A stretch of 64,000 nucleotides of DNA from an uncultured Verrucomicrobiae bacterium (GTDB lineage: Bacteria; Verrucomicrobiota; Verrucomicrobiia; Limisphaerales; UBA11358), in assembly GCA_963842445.1 (NCBI GenBank), contig CAWJHF010000002.1, forward strand, positions 173,858 to 237,857, in the 5' to 3' direction. Below, piece after piece: positions 46,742 to 55,869 of the stretch (its first letter is position 1; every line of letters begins with the position of its first letter). The notes below the pieces were generated by a model. The model saw only the letters and a list, made by a program, of their open reading frames with translations. It ran no database searches and was not told the DNA's origin. The translations under genes were made by a program, and so were the position numbers.

Positions 46742-47068
46742 ATGATCAATCTATCTGCCAGTCAACTGCGCCGTGCGGCGAGTATCAAACACAAAATCGA
46801 ATCGCTGCAAAAGAAACTTGCCGGTCTGTTGGGCGGCACCGCTGGCGCTGCCACTCCGCATCAGCGCCGAAGGATGAGCGCCGCCGGAAGGCGTAGAATT
46901 GCCGCAGCGGCCAGGGCGCGGTGGGCGAAAGTCAAGGGGCGGAAGTCAGCCAGCAAGCCAGTGAAGAAGCCCCGGCGCAAAATGAGTGCGGTAGCCAGGG
47001 CAAAAATTGCAGCGGCAGCCAGGGCACGGTGGAAGAAAGCCAAGGCGGCGGGGAAAAATTCGCTTTAA
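46742..47068 (+). CDS. hypothetical basic protein with an internal tandem duplication
   Basis: ATG at 46742. RRMSAAGRRRIAAAARARWAKVKG and RKMSAVARAKIAAAARARWKKAKA are two copies of one unit. Followed by the terminator at 47141. Confidence 0.45.
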   Translation: MINLSASQLRRAASIKHKIESLQKKLAGLLGGTAGAATPHQRRRMSAAGRRRIAAAARARWAKVKGRKSASKPVKKPRRKMSAVARAKIAAAARARWKKAKAAGKNSL

Positions 47069-47140
47069 GCCGACTAGGTCATGGACCAGAACGGGGAAGA
47101 AATGATTTCCGGTTGACTGATTAGTTTGACCTGGTGAGAC

Positions 47141-47174
47141 AAAGCCGCTGGCTCGTTTTGGCAGCGGCTTTTTC
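47141..47174 (+). terminator. Rho-independent terminator
   Basis: Perfect 10-bp stem aaagccgctg / cagcggcttt with an 11-nt loop, running into ttttc. Confidence 0.65.
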
Positions 47175-47198
47175 ATTGCGGAACGGGCAGAGTCGGTT

Positions 47199-48470
47199 AT
47201 GAATCTTCGGGTGAAACGGATCACGTCAATCAGTTGGGCCATCGTCGGTTTTGCACTCCTGCAACTCAATGTGTTTGGCTGGTTGGGCGGAGGTCACGTT
47301 GCCATCGCTGCCGAAGCCTTCCGCCAGCTTCCACCGGAGATGAAGGCACAGGCGTACGAAGTTTTGAAGGCCCATCCTGATTATGCGAAATGGGAAAAAG
47401 CCTACCACCCCAATCCCAATTTCGACCTCGCCGCATACGTCTTCATGCGCAGCAGCACGTGGCCCGATGACATCAGGCGAAGCGGCAGCCAATATGACCA
47501 CCCCAACTGGCATTTCATTGACTATCCGCTGCGGCCACCGGCATTTCCGCTCGAACCCGGCCCCAAGCCCACGGATGATATACTGTTCGCTTTGGCGCAA
47601 TGTGAAACAACCTTGAGTGACACCAATGCCAGCCCTGAACTGCGAGCGGCGTATCTGTCATGGCTGATTCATCTGGTCGGCGACATCCATCAACCGCTCC
47701 ACTGCGCTTCCCTGTTCACGGACGCCTACCCGAAGGGTGATCGAGGCGGAAACGACTTTTATGTAACGCCTGCACAACACGGTGTCCGTCTGCATGGCAT
47801 CTGGGACGGTCTGTTAGGAACTTCCGTCAACCCGCAGGCGCAGTGGAAGTATGCGATCACGATTGATACTGAATATCCCAGAACGGCGCTGCCGGAACTG
47901 ACCGCACATACCACGCCCAAGGCTTGGAGTCTGGAAAGCCGTGAATTGGCAATCGAGAAGGGTTATTTGCGCGGGGAACTCAAAGGCAGCACCAATGCGG
48001 ATTCAGCCCCGGCTTTGCCGGAGGATTACACCAAGGCGGCAAAAGTGGTGGCCGAACACCAAGCAGCATTGGCAGGTTATCGTCTGGCCGATGAGGTTGA
48101 GAAGTATTTGAAAGTTAATGGCGTGGTTCCCTTGCTGCCGGAGAACACCAACACCGCAGCACAAATGGCCACTCCGCACAAAGTCGGGACAGCGGACGCC
48201 AACAAGTATTACGATGAAACGATGACCGTAACGGGGATGGTGGCTCAGGCGAGAGTCAGGTCAAATGTTGCCATTCTGGACATGGACAAACCCTACCCGG
48301 ACTCACCGTTCACGGCGGTCATTTTTGAGGAAAACATGGCGCAGTTCGGCGACTTGCAGAAGCTCAAAGGCCAAAACGTGGAGGTCAGCGGGACCATCAC
48401 CGAGTATCGTGACAAGCCGGAGATTATTTTGGAATCACCCGCTCAACTCAAAGTGGTTGGTGGCAAATGA
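47199..48470 (+). CDS. S1/P1-family nuclease with a C-terminal OB-fold-like extension
   Basis: Motifs WLGGGHVAIAAEAF, WLIHLVGDIHQPLH and DRGGNDF. N-terminal signal-like helix. Confidence 0.85.
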   Translation: MNLRVKRITSISWAIVGFALLQLNVFGWLGGGHVAIAAEAFRQLPPEMKAQAYEVLKAHPDYAKWEKAYHPNPNFDLAAYVFMRSSTWPDDIRRSGSQYDHPNWHFIDYPLRPPAFPLEPGPKPTDDILFALAQCETTLSDTNASPELRAAYLSWLIHLVGDIHQPLHCASLFTDAYPKGDRGGNDFYVTPAQHGVRLHGIWDGLLGTSVNPQAQWKYAITIDTEYPRTALPELTAHTTPKAWSLESRELAIEKGYLRGELKGSTNADSAPALPEDYTKAAKVVAEHQAALAGYRLADEVEKYLKVNGVVPLLPENTNTAAQMATPHKVGTADANKYYDETMTVTGMVAQARVRSNVAILDMDKPYPDSPFTAVIFEENMAQFGDLQKLKGQNVEVSGTITEYRDKPEIILESPAQLKVVGGK

Positions 48471-48540
48471 TCCCGATTCCTCAAGGTCGCGCCACTTCAA
48501 CATCCGAATGCTTGCCCAACAGCGCAACTACCTCCGCTGT

Positions 48541-49290
48541 TCAAAGACCGCAACCGGGCCGCCGGTATCGTGGAATTCCCAAACCATAACGCCGCTGCCA
48601 AACACCGTGCCAAGTGCGCTTCAATTGCTTGGCCAGCGCTTTGTCGGGCATGGTTCCCAACAATGACAACTCTTTCGGCGTCCAGTGTCGCCGGACGACA
48701 CGCCGGATGCGGAATCCAATGTGTTCGCGGCGCATCGCAATTGATCTCAGCGACCGCTTCAATCGTCTGGCAGCCTCGGCACAGGGATATTTGCGCACCA
48801 CCGCATCTTCCGCGGGTGTATAAAGCCGGTAGATTCGCGCAAAGACCGGGATACCCAATCTGCGTCGTCTGACTGCAATCGCCTCTTTGCTCCGGTCCAG
48901 CCGCCGCGCCACTTGGCCGTCCAGCATTCTGCCAAGCAACCTGATCTCAGCCCGCGTCCAAGGGCGTCTTTCCGGCGGCGGTTTGAAAGGTGGGATTCTG
49001 AGGGCGATCCGTTGTTTTCGGACTGAGTGCCTCTCACGACGGAGGCGGCGTCCGAGTTCCGCGTCGTTCATCGTGCCCAGAAATCTTACTTCCCGCGCCG
49101 TCCATCGGCGCGGCGGCGTTGGCAGCCGGATGCGGCGGTGCTCGCGCATTGCCACCACTTCCCCGATGGTGCGTCCGGTGCGCCGGGCCAGAAGTGAATC
49201 GGGCGTTTTGCCAAGCTGTTTCAGTTCAGCAGTGCTCCAGCGGGCACCACGACGGTTTTTGATCTTCTGTCGCTTGATGGCGGGCATCAT
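48541..49290 (-). CDS. protein of five tandem SANT/Myb-like repeats
   Basis: Five ~45-50-aa units starting RWSTAELKQLG, RWTAREVRFLG, PWTRAEIRLLG, LYTPAEDAVV and HWTPKELSLLG. ATG at 49290. Confidence 0.55.
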   Translation of the reverse strand: MMPAIKRQKIKNRRGARWSTAELKQLGKTPDSLLARRTGRTIGEVVAMREHRRIRLPTPPRRWTAREVRFLGTMNDAELGRRLRRERHSVRKQRIALRIPPFKPPPERRPWTRAEIRLLGRMLDGQVARRLDRSKEAIAVRRRRLGIPVFARIYRLYTPAEDAVVRKYPCAEAARRLKRSLRSIAMRREHIGFRIRRVVRRHWTPKELSLLGTMPDKALAKQLKRTWHGVWQRRYGLGIPRYRRPGCGL

Positions 49291-49324
49291 TCCAGCCTTG
49301 GTAAATGCTTGGCAGACCCAACGA

Positions 49325-49618
49325 TCATTCAGGTGGCTTCCTGAGTGTTCTGCATTGATCGTAATGCTTCCAGAGGATGCAACCCACGCAGGAAAACGCA
49401 AAGCCCGCCAACGGCACGATTCCGAATGTCAGTGCCCGTATCAAAGCCAGACTGTCTTCGGCAGAACCATCCGAGTCGAGCGCATCCAATTGCATTTTGT
49501 CCCAATAACAAAGGTAAACCCACACCGAGAAAACCATGAGCATCAGACCCAAAACGAAACAGAAGATCGCAGTCCACATCAGGTCTTTGGCCGGGCCGGT
49601 TGCATTTTCCGCGTTCAT
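49325..49618 (-). CDS. small 2-TM membrane protein
   Basis: ATGA overlap with the upstream TPR-like gene. Two hydrophobic helices. Confidence 0.45.
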   Translation of the reverse strand: MNAENATGPAKDLMWTAIFCFVLGLMLMVFSVWVYLCYWDKMQLDALDSDGSAEDSLALIRALTFGIVPLAGFAFSCVGCILWKHYDQCRTLRKPPE

Positions 49619-50112
49619 AGCTTTCCAATCTGGTCCCACAACGCTTCCAGGTCCGGGTCGTCCAGCGCCATGATGCGGATGTCCTTTTTGCCCGCCAGGT
49701 CAATCGCCTTCTTCAGCCACAGTTTTGCCTCCTGCAAATTCCCAAGCTGGCACGAGTAGCACGCCAGGTTGTATCGCATCAGGTATTCGTCGGGGAATTT
49801 TGCCACGACCGAGTTGACGATGTCATACGCCTCCTTTGTCCGTTTCAATTCATGCAGGCTGTAGGCCCAGTGTATCCAGCCAAAGGGAGATGCGGATCGC
49901 AACTTTGAAATGGCCCGCGCCACTTCGACCGCAGGCTCCCATCGCTTGGCCGCTGCATAAACGGCCCATCGAACTTCGAGCACGTCCGGGTGCGCCCGCA
50001 TTAGTGGCGTTATTTCCTCTAACTCGTCATTGGCTTCAAGCCAGTTGTTTAGCCCAAGCCAGCCTTGTGCTGCCTCCAAGTGTCGCTTGTCCTGTAATTC
50101 CAGTTCTCTCAT
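49615..50112 (-). CDS. TPR-like helical repeat protein
   Basis: Repeated helical hairpins (AVEVARAISKLRSASP, YNLACYSCQLGNLQEAKLWLKKAIDL). Confidence 0.55.
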   Translation of the reverse strand: MRELELQDKRHLEAAQGWLGLNNWLEANDELEEITPLMRAHPDVLEVRWAVYAAAKRWEPAVEVARAISKLRSASPFGWIHWAYSLHELKRTKEAYDIVNSVVAKFPDEYLMRYNLACYSCQLGNLQEAKLWLKKAIDLAGKKDIRIMALDDPDLEALWDQIGKL

Positions 50113-50118
50113 GGCCCC

Positions 50119-51408
50119 TCATTGCCGTGAAACGCGATAGAATCTTTGGGGTGAATCCCCGTTCGTATCCGTGAACACGAAAGGCACCGCCTGAGCATTG
50201 GTTACCAACAAGACTGACCATTCTGGGTTGACCAGATTTGTTGTCGCTTCGACGGTGTATGTTCCATTGGTTGGGCCTGAAATCAGCAGGCTGAAATTTC
50301 CGTTGGTGAATCCAACAGATTGGATGTCCGGCCTTTCTTCGAGAATGGTGAAAATGGCCGCGCTGGTTGCCAATCCGCCGGGCGCGATCACTGAAACCGG
50401 CCCGGTCGTCGCACCGGCTGGCACGATGGCAGTGATCTGGTTGCCTGAATCAATTGTAAAAGTGGCGTTGGTGCCGTTGAACCACACCGCCGAAGCCCCG
50501 GCAAAATTCGTTCCCATGATAACCACGCTGCTGCCTGTGTTACCGGATACAGGTGAGACATTGGTGATGCCGGGCGCGGGCGAGCCGTCAATTTTCGTTT
50601 GGAACACAGCAGCAATGTTGGCAGGAACGGCGCTGAAGAAGCTGAAGCCGGTGTCCGTTTCAATCTTCTGTGCCGATGTCAAATAGGTCTGCCATGAACT
50701 GCTCAAGCCGTTCGTTACGTTCGGTATGGACACGGCAATGACGCGGTTCGTGACGCTCACGCGACTCAAGGCGGTAGTGCCGCTTCCTGGTGGAACAATC
50801 ACGATGACTTTCCAGACATTGGAAGCGATGTAAGCCTTGCCGCTTGGGATTTTGTTTGTCCCGAATCCACTTGGCCCGCAGGTGATGAGCAATTCGTTCC
50901 CTGCCGCAGCGAGGTCGCGGCAGTCCGATTCGAGACTTTCCCATACGCCGGAATTATTCAATGCCGACTGCGGCATGATGTTGGACATGAAGAAAACGAG
51001 CTTGTTGTTGGTAGTGGTGTCGGTGCGGTCTTCGGACGGGCATAAATGCCCGCGATTGAAAAGGTTGGTGCCGACGCCGATGTAATCATTGTCGGTGACG
51101 CGATAGAAATTGGGCGGCAGATTTGTGTCGGTGTAGTAGCTGGATGATCGCGGGGCCGACCCGACATCGCCCGCCGTCAAATCCCAACTGGCCCAAACCG
51201 GCTCGCCGAAATGGTCGCTGTAATCAATCGCCTCGACCGTCCGCTGGATCAGGTAATGGTCGTGGTTGTTGGTGTCCGCCGCCGCCCCAGAAGGATTTCC
51301 CAGTTGCATTTGCAGGGAAGCGTCAATAATCGCCTGCGCGTGAAAGGTGGCAAGGGACAGGACTGCGGCACTGATAACGGCTGCCAATATGGTTGAAGAC
51401 TTCTGCAT
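50119..51408 (-). CDS. secreted DNA/RNA non-specific endonuclease (NucA/Endonuclease_NS type) with IPT/TIG-like and C-terminal beta modules
   Basis: Signal peptide MQKSSTILAAVISAAVLSLATFHAQA (ATG at 51408). Active-site block FNRGHLCPSEDR and NIMPQ. Downstream TNVSPVSGNTGSSVVIMGTNF is IPT-like. Confidence 0.85.
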   Translation of the reverse strand: MQKSSTILAAVISAAVLSLATFHAQAIIDASLQMQLGNPSGAAADTNNHDHYLIQRTVEAIDYSDHFGEPVWASWDLTAGDVGSAPRSSSYYTDTNLPPNFYRVTDNDYIGVGTNLFNRGHLCPSEDRTDTTTNNKLVFFMSNIMPQSALNNSGVWESLESDCRDLAAAGNELLITCGPSGFGTNKIPSGKAYIASNVWKVIVIVPPGSGTTALSRVSVTNRVIAVSIPNVTNGLSSSWQTYLTSAQKIETDTGFSFFSAVPANIAAVFQTKIDGSPAPGITNVSPVSGNTGSSVVIMGTNFAGASAVWFNGTNATFTIDSGNQITAIVPAGATTGPVSVIAPGGLATSAAIFTILEERPDIQSVGFTNGNFSLLISGPTNGTYTVEATTNLVNPEWSVLLVTNAQAVPFVFTDTNGDSPQRFYRVSRQ

Positions 51409-51514
51409 CTTTTGGCCCGGTCTTTTCAAGGATAACGGGTGGGTTCTGTGATAATATGCACAAACTCCAACTCGCTTGCGAGCCAGAATTTGGGGGACGA
51501 GATATTTCGGGCAC

Positions 51515-52255
51515 CTAGCGCGGTGCGGGTTGTCTGGCCGGTGAAGCATTGGTCTGGGAGCGTGATTTCTCGTAGTCCAGAATTGGCGCGATAGAATTCG
51601 CCACCACCACGTTCTGTCCTCCGTGTCCGGTTATCACGGCGACAATTTCCAGGTTCGTGTTGAAGACCGGGCCGCCGGACCAGCCGGGGCCGGTGTCACC
51701 CACAAACAAGACGTTATCCACCTTCACGCCGTTATTTGTCCTTGAAGCCTTCTTCCCGGCCCATGCGTAAGCGATTTCGGTCGAGGTCACGAATGTTGAC
51801 GACTGCTTCCGGTCGTAACCCATGTAAATGATCGTGTCGCCCTCATTCAGCTTGGCAAAATCCCCGGCAGGGAAAGATTTGCCATTGATTGGCGGATTTG
51901 CTGAAAAGACCGCAAGGTCAGAGTCCGGCAACGCATATTTCAGCTTCAGGTCGTTGACGCCTTGCCCGCTGATAAACAAAAGGTTGGTATCATGATAGAG
52001 GTCACGTGCCCCCTTTAACACGTGCCAGCAGGTGACAACCTCTTTCCGTGGGCCGAGCACGAACGCCGACGCGATGGGGAGTGAGTTGGAGCGGATCATT
52101 ATCGCCCCGGCCTGTGTTAAAAGCGACTCGTTCGTGGATAAAATGGTTTGTCCCGCAATCGCGCAGACCGGCGACAGCACAAGTGCCGCCAGACCAATAA
52201 TCAGTGTAATAAGTCTGTTTAAGGTTCCCACCGCCACTGACTGACATAGGCTCAT
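51515..52255 (-). CDS. trypsin-like serine peptidase
   Basis: Signal/TM segment, then candidate triad contexts TCWHVLKG (His), SDLAVF (Asp) and GDTGPGWSGGPVF (Ser). Confidence 0.7.
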   Translation of the reverse strand: MSLCQSVAVGTLNRLITLIIGLAALVLSPVCAIAGQTILSTNESLLTQAGAIMIRSNSLPIASAFVLGPRKEVVTCWHVLKGARDLYHDTNLLFISGQGVNDLKLKYALPDSDLAVFSANPPINGKSFPAGDFAKLNEGDTIIYMGYDRKQSSTFVTSTEIAYAWAGKKASRTNNGVKVDNVLFVGDTGPGWSGGPVFNTNLEIVAVITGHGGQNVVVANSIAPILDYEKSRSQTNASPARQPAPR

Positions 52256-52372
52256 CGGTTGGCCCGGTCAAGCACCGGGTCCACTTATGACGCTTGCTTT
52301 GGCCGGAAAGGTTGCTAATCTGTTTGTCATTCATTGGGCGGCCTGCAAGTCCAATGAAAATGCTCAGAAGTT

Positions 52373-52687
52373 ATGATTTCAAACGAAAGACCCTCACGTT
52401 TTGATCGCCAACCTTATCAACAAGCCTTTGCAGCGCAGCCGCCACGTCCTCCCGTTCGGGAAGACACCCTGAAAACCGGCGCAGTCGTGATCGAACGCAA
52501 AACGGTTATCATCAGCCTCAATGAAAATCTCCGGGGCCGTTTCCTGCGCATCACCGAGCAGACTATTGGCAAAAGCATTTCCGTCATCATTCCGGCGACC
52601 GGTCTGGCCGAGTTCAAAAAGCTGATTGATGAAATGGTGAAAGTAGCCGGGGAAATTCCAGCCAAGAATGGCCCCGCCGCCGCTTAG
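52373..52687 (+). CDS. PUR-alpha-like nucleic-acid-binding protein (DUF3276 type)
   Basis: LKTGAVVIERKTVIISLNENLRGRFLRITE...SVIIPATGLAEFKKLIDEM matches my recollection of the bacterial PUR/DUF3276 pattern. Confidence 0.55.
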   Translation: MISNERPSRFDRQPYQQAFAAQPPRPPVREDTLKTGAVVIERKTVIISLNENLRGRFLRITEQTIGKSISVIIPATGLAEFKKLIDEMVKVAGEIPAKNGPAAA

Positions 52688-52697
52688 ACGGCAACCC

Positions 52698-54119
52698 ATG
52701 AAAACCCGAACCCCAAATCTGCTCATCGCGCTGACAGTGCTCGCAGGCATTCACCAAACCCATGCCCTGACAATCTTCCCCATCGCCACCAACGGCGCGG
52801 TCTCGCAGGCAGCAATCAGCCTCGCTTTTGGCGGCACGAATTATTTAGTCGGCATTCAAGGTGACGCAGTTGCCAGCAATCACATCACCGCGCAGTTGGT
52901 TTCCACCAATGGCAATTTGATTGGCTCCCGCATTGCCATCGGACGCACCGGCGGCGCTCCCAAAGTCAGTTTCGACGGCACCAATTTCCTTGTGCTCTGG
53001 CCGGATGATGCACTCTATCCCCCCATTGACGTAATTTATGGTCAATTCGTCAGCCGCACGGGTGCGCTGGTCGGAAGCCCATTTATGATCAGCAATCCAA
53101 ACACCAATGCGGCCTTTGGCAGCTTTCAATCCGTTTGTTTTGACGGCAGAAATTACTTCGTGATTTGGACGGACGCACCCAACGGTGATGCCTACGGCGC
53201 ATTGGTCAGTCCCAATGGGTCTTTGGTGATGTCCGAAACCCTCCTGAGCACCAACGCCTACGAACCGGGCGTCGTTTTTGGCCGGACGAATTATCTGGCC
53301 TTTTGGCAAAGCAAACGGCCAACCGGCCCCGAACTTTATGACACCTATGGGGAATTCATTTCCACCAACGGCGTGCCCGGCTCCGATTTTATCATCAGCC
53401 AGACGCCAAGCCCGGCATACAATCCACTCTGCGCCGCGTTCGATGGCACAAACTTTCTCGTCGTTTGGAACAAGGACATCGGTCCCGGTTATCCGAGTCC
53501 AACCCAGTGGAATTTCTACGGTCGGCTGGTTTCACCGAACGGCACTTTCACCGGAAACGAAGTGGCTTTGGTAACAGATACGAACGGGCCGATTTTCCCC
53601 TTCCTGACGTTCGACGGGGCAGATTTTTTGATGACGTGGACCGTAGGCACACCGGGAACAACCAACACCCAGATTTACTTCCAGTTTTTGAATCAGTCGC
53701 CTGCGCCCGCCGGGCCTGAATTTATTTTGTTTTCCCCGCAGGGCACCAATGCCCCCTTTTTTGGCAGCATTGCTTACGGCAACGGACAATACGCAATCTC
53801 AGGTGTGATTGGTGGTTTTATCGGCAAACCAGTCAGTGGAATTCTCCCTGTCACAAGCAGCACTGCGACGTATGGCATAATCATCCCTAGCAGCGCCGCG
53901 CCGCCGACCATGAGCGCGACTGGCCCTTTGACTGGAACACAATTCTCGCTCCAACTCACCGGCACGCCCGGCATCAACTATGCCATTCAGGTGAGCACGA
54001 ACCTTGCGTTGGTGAATTGGACGGCAATCGTGACCAACTCACCCACGAATGGAACGTTCACTTTCACCGATACGAGCGCCACCAACAAGAGCCGCTTCTA
54101 TCGCGCAGTGAAACAATGA
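52698..54119 (+). CDS. secreted hypothetical beta-rich protein with an RFYR-type C-terminal module
   Basis: Signal peptide MKTRTPNLLIALTVLAGIHQTHA. Repeated G.NYLV/FLV.W units. C-terminus is similar to that of 50119..51408. Confidence 0.55.
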   Translation: MKTRTPNLLIALTVLAGIHQTHALTIFPIATNGAVSQAAISLAFGGTNYLVGIQGDAVASNHITAQLVSTNGNLIGSRIAIGRTGGAPKVSFDGTNFLVLWPDDALYPPIDVIYGQFVSRTGALVGSPFMISNPNTNAAFGSFQSVCFDGRNYFVIWTDAPNGDAYGALVSPNGSLVMSETLLSTNAYEPGVVFGRTNYLAFWQSKRPTGPELYDTYGEFISTNGVPGSDFIISQTPSPAYNPLCAAFDGTNFLVVWNKDIGPGYPSPTQWNFYGRLVSPNGTFTGNEVALVTDTNGPIFPFLTFDGADFLMTWTVGTPGTTNTQIYFQFLNQSPAPAGPEFILFSPQGTNAPFFGSIAYGNGQYAISGVIGGFIGKPVSGILPVTSSTATYGIIIPSSAAPPTMSATGPLTGTQFSLQLTGTPGINYAIQVSTNLALVNWTAIVTNSPTNGTFTFTDTSATNKSRFYRAVKQ

Positions 54120-54308
54120 AAATGGGAAACGCTGTCGAATACCGGGCTGAACACTACGACGCGACAAGTAAGTTTTGGGTTGAGCCATGAGATTTGAACG
54201 TTCAGATTGCAGACGTGAGCCAGCCGCCAGTGGCCGGGGGTCAGCTTCGGTCCGGTCGTTGGGCATAATGTCGTGACAGGCGCAAACAACAACACATAGA
54301 GACTGAAT

Positions 54309-54584
54309 ATGAAACTGAACATCAAAGCATTCGCATTGACTTGCGGCATCATGTGGGGATTGGGGCTGTTCTTTCTGACGTGGTGGTTCATCGCATTTGA
54401 TGGAGCGACGGGAGAACCCACACTCATCGGCAAGCTTTATCGTGGATACAACATTTCTCCAATCGGCAGCGTTGTCGGATTGGTCTATGCGTTCTTCGAC
54501 GCCCTGATCGGCGGTGCCATATTTGCATGGCTCTACAACAAGTTGGCAGGTCGTGTTGAAGACAAGCAGGCGAGCCAGCTATGA
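54309..54584 (+). CDS. small membrane protein (91 aa)
   Basis: Three hydrophobic segments. Confidence 0.5.
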   Translation: MKLNIKAFALTCGIMWGLGLFFLTWWFIAFDGATGEPTLIGKLYRGYNISPIGSVVGLVYAFFDALIGGAIFAWLYNKLAGRVEDKQASQL

Positions 54585-54914
54585 CACCTGATCCCGCCCC
54601 GGAGCCAACGGCCACCGCCCCATGAGTTTTTTCCAACCCCGCAAACGTTTTCAGGATGACTTGTGAATAACTATTTTTTGACCATGTGATACAAGGCGCG
54701 TAACCTTCTTGCGTGGGGCCAGCAGTTGTATTTGGCTCCATGTCGCAAAAGCCGCATCAGGTTGAAGACCTCCGGTGCGGCTTGTTTTTTCAGGACACCC
54801 ACCGCCAAACAATGTCCGCTTGATTTGCTGCGCCAGTCGGCGCGGTCAATTCCGCATTCGTGGTTGAAATCCCGGCCAGTTGACATCGTGCGCAGGAAGG
54901 CACAACTTCACGCC

Positions 54915-55859
54915 ATGCCGTTTGACCGCGAACAAATCAAAAAGATGGCTTCGGCATTTGCCGCCCGTGGTGTGTTCATCGGCACGTCGAGTTGGAAATA
55001 TGAAGGCTGGTTTGGTCAGCTTTACACACCGTCCCGTTACGAGTTTCGTGGCAAGGTCGCCAAGACGCGGTTTGAGCGTGATTGTTTAAGCGAATACGCA
55101 GAGGTTTTTAAGACGGTGAGCGTGGACGCAGCCTACTACACGTTTCCCCGCCCCGAATATCTCAAAAATCTGGCAGACGCCGTGCCCGATGATTTCCGAT
55201 TCGGCTTCAAGGTGACAGACACGGTGACAATCAAAAAGTTTCCGAATCTGGCGCGTTTCGGCGCGAAGGCGGGGCAACCGAACACTGATTCCCTGAACAC
55301 GGACCTTTTCGCAACCGCGTTCCTGAAACCATGTGAAGAAATTCGCGGCAAGGTCGGCGTCCTGATGTTTGAGTTCACAAGGTTCTGGCCGAGTGACTAC
55401 GAACACGGACGCGATTTTGTGGCCGACCTTGACACGTTTTTCGGCAAGCTCCCGAAAGGCTGGCCGTATGCGGTTGAGTTGCGCAACAAGCACTGGCTGC
55501 AACCTGATTATTTCCAGTGTCTCTCGCGTCACAAAGTAACTCACATTTTCAATTCTTGGGATGCTATGCCGCCGGTCAACGAACAAATGGCGTTGCCGGG
55601 CAGCCGCACAAATCCGAGTCTGATTGCCGCCCGCTTCCTCTTGAAGCCGGGCCGGAAATACGAGGAAGCTGTGAAGACTTTTGAGCCTTACGACAAGGTG
55701 AAGGAACCGAACTCGGAGGCACGAGCGGCGGGCAGGGCACTGATCGCCGAAGGGAAGGCCGTCAAGTCAGGCCGCGAAACTTTCATCTACGTGAACAACC
55801 GGCTGGAGGGGAATGCGCTGGAGACGATTGACGCGATGCTCGACGCGGAGACCGATTGA
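54915..55859 (+). CDS. DUF72 family protein
   Basis: FIGTSSWKYEGWFGQLY signature. ATG at 54915 within track ORF 54726..55859. Confidence 0.85.
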   Translation: MPFDREQIKKMASAFAARGVFIGTSSWKYEGWFGQLYTPSRYEFRGKVAKTRFERDCLSEYAEVFKTVSVDAAYYTFPRPEYLKNLADAVPDDFRFGFKVTDTVTIKKFPNLARFGAKAGQPNTDSLNTDLFATAFLKPCEEIRGKVGVLMFEFTRFWPSDYEHGRDFVADLDTFFGKLPKGWPYAVELRNKHWLQPDYFQCLSRHKVTHIFNSWDAMPPVNEQMALPGSRTNPSLIAARFLLKPGRKYEEAVKTFEPYDKVKEPNSEARAAGRALIAEGKAVKSGRETFIYVNNRLEGNALETIDAMLDAETD

Positions 55860-55869
55860 TTTTCCAGCT

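Noticed and set aside
54170-54240. gagatttgaacgttcagattgcagac resembles the reverse complement of a tRNA T-arm/anticodon region.
   Set aside because: The putative T-stem halves are not complementary, and no cloverleaf can be built.
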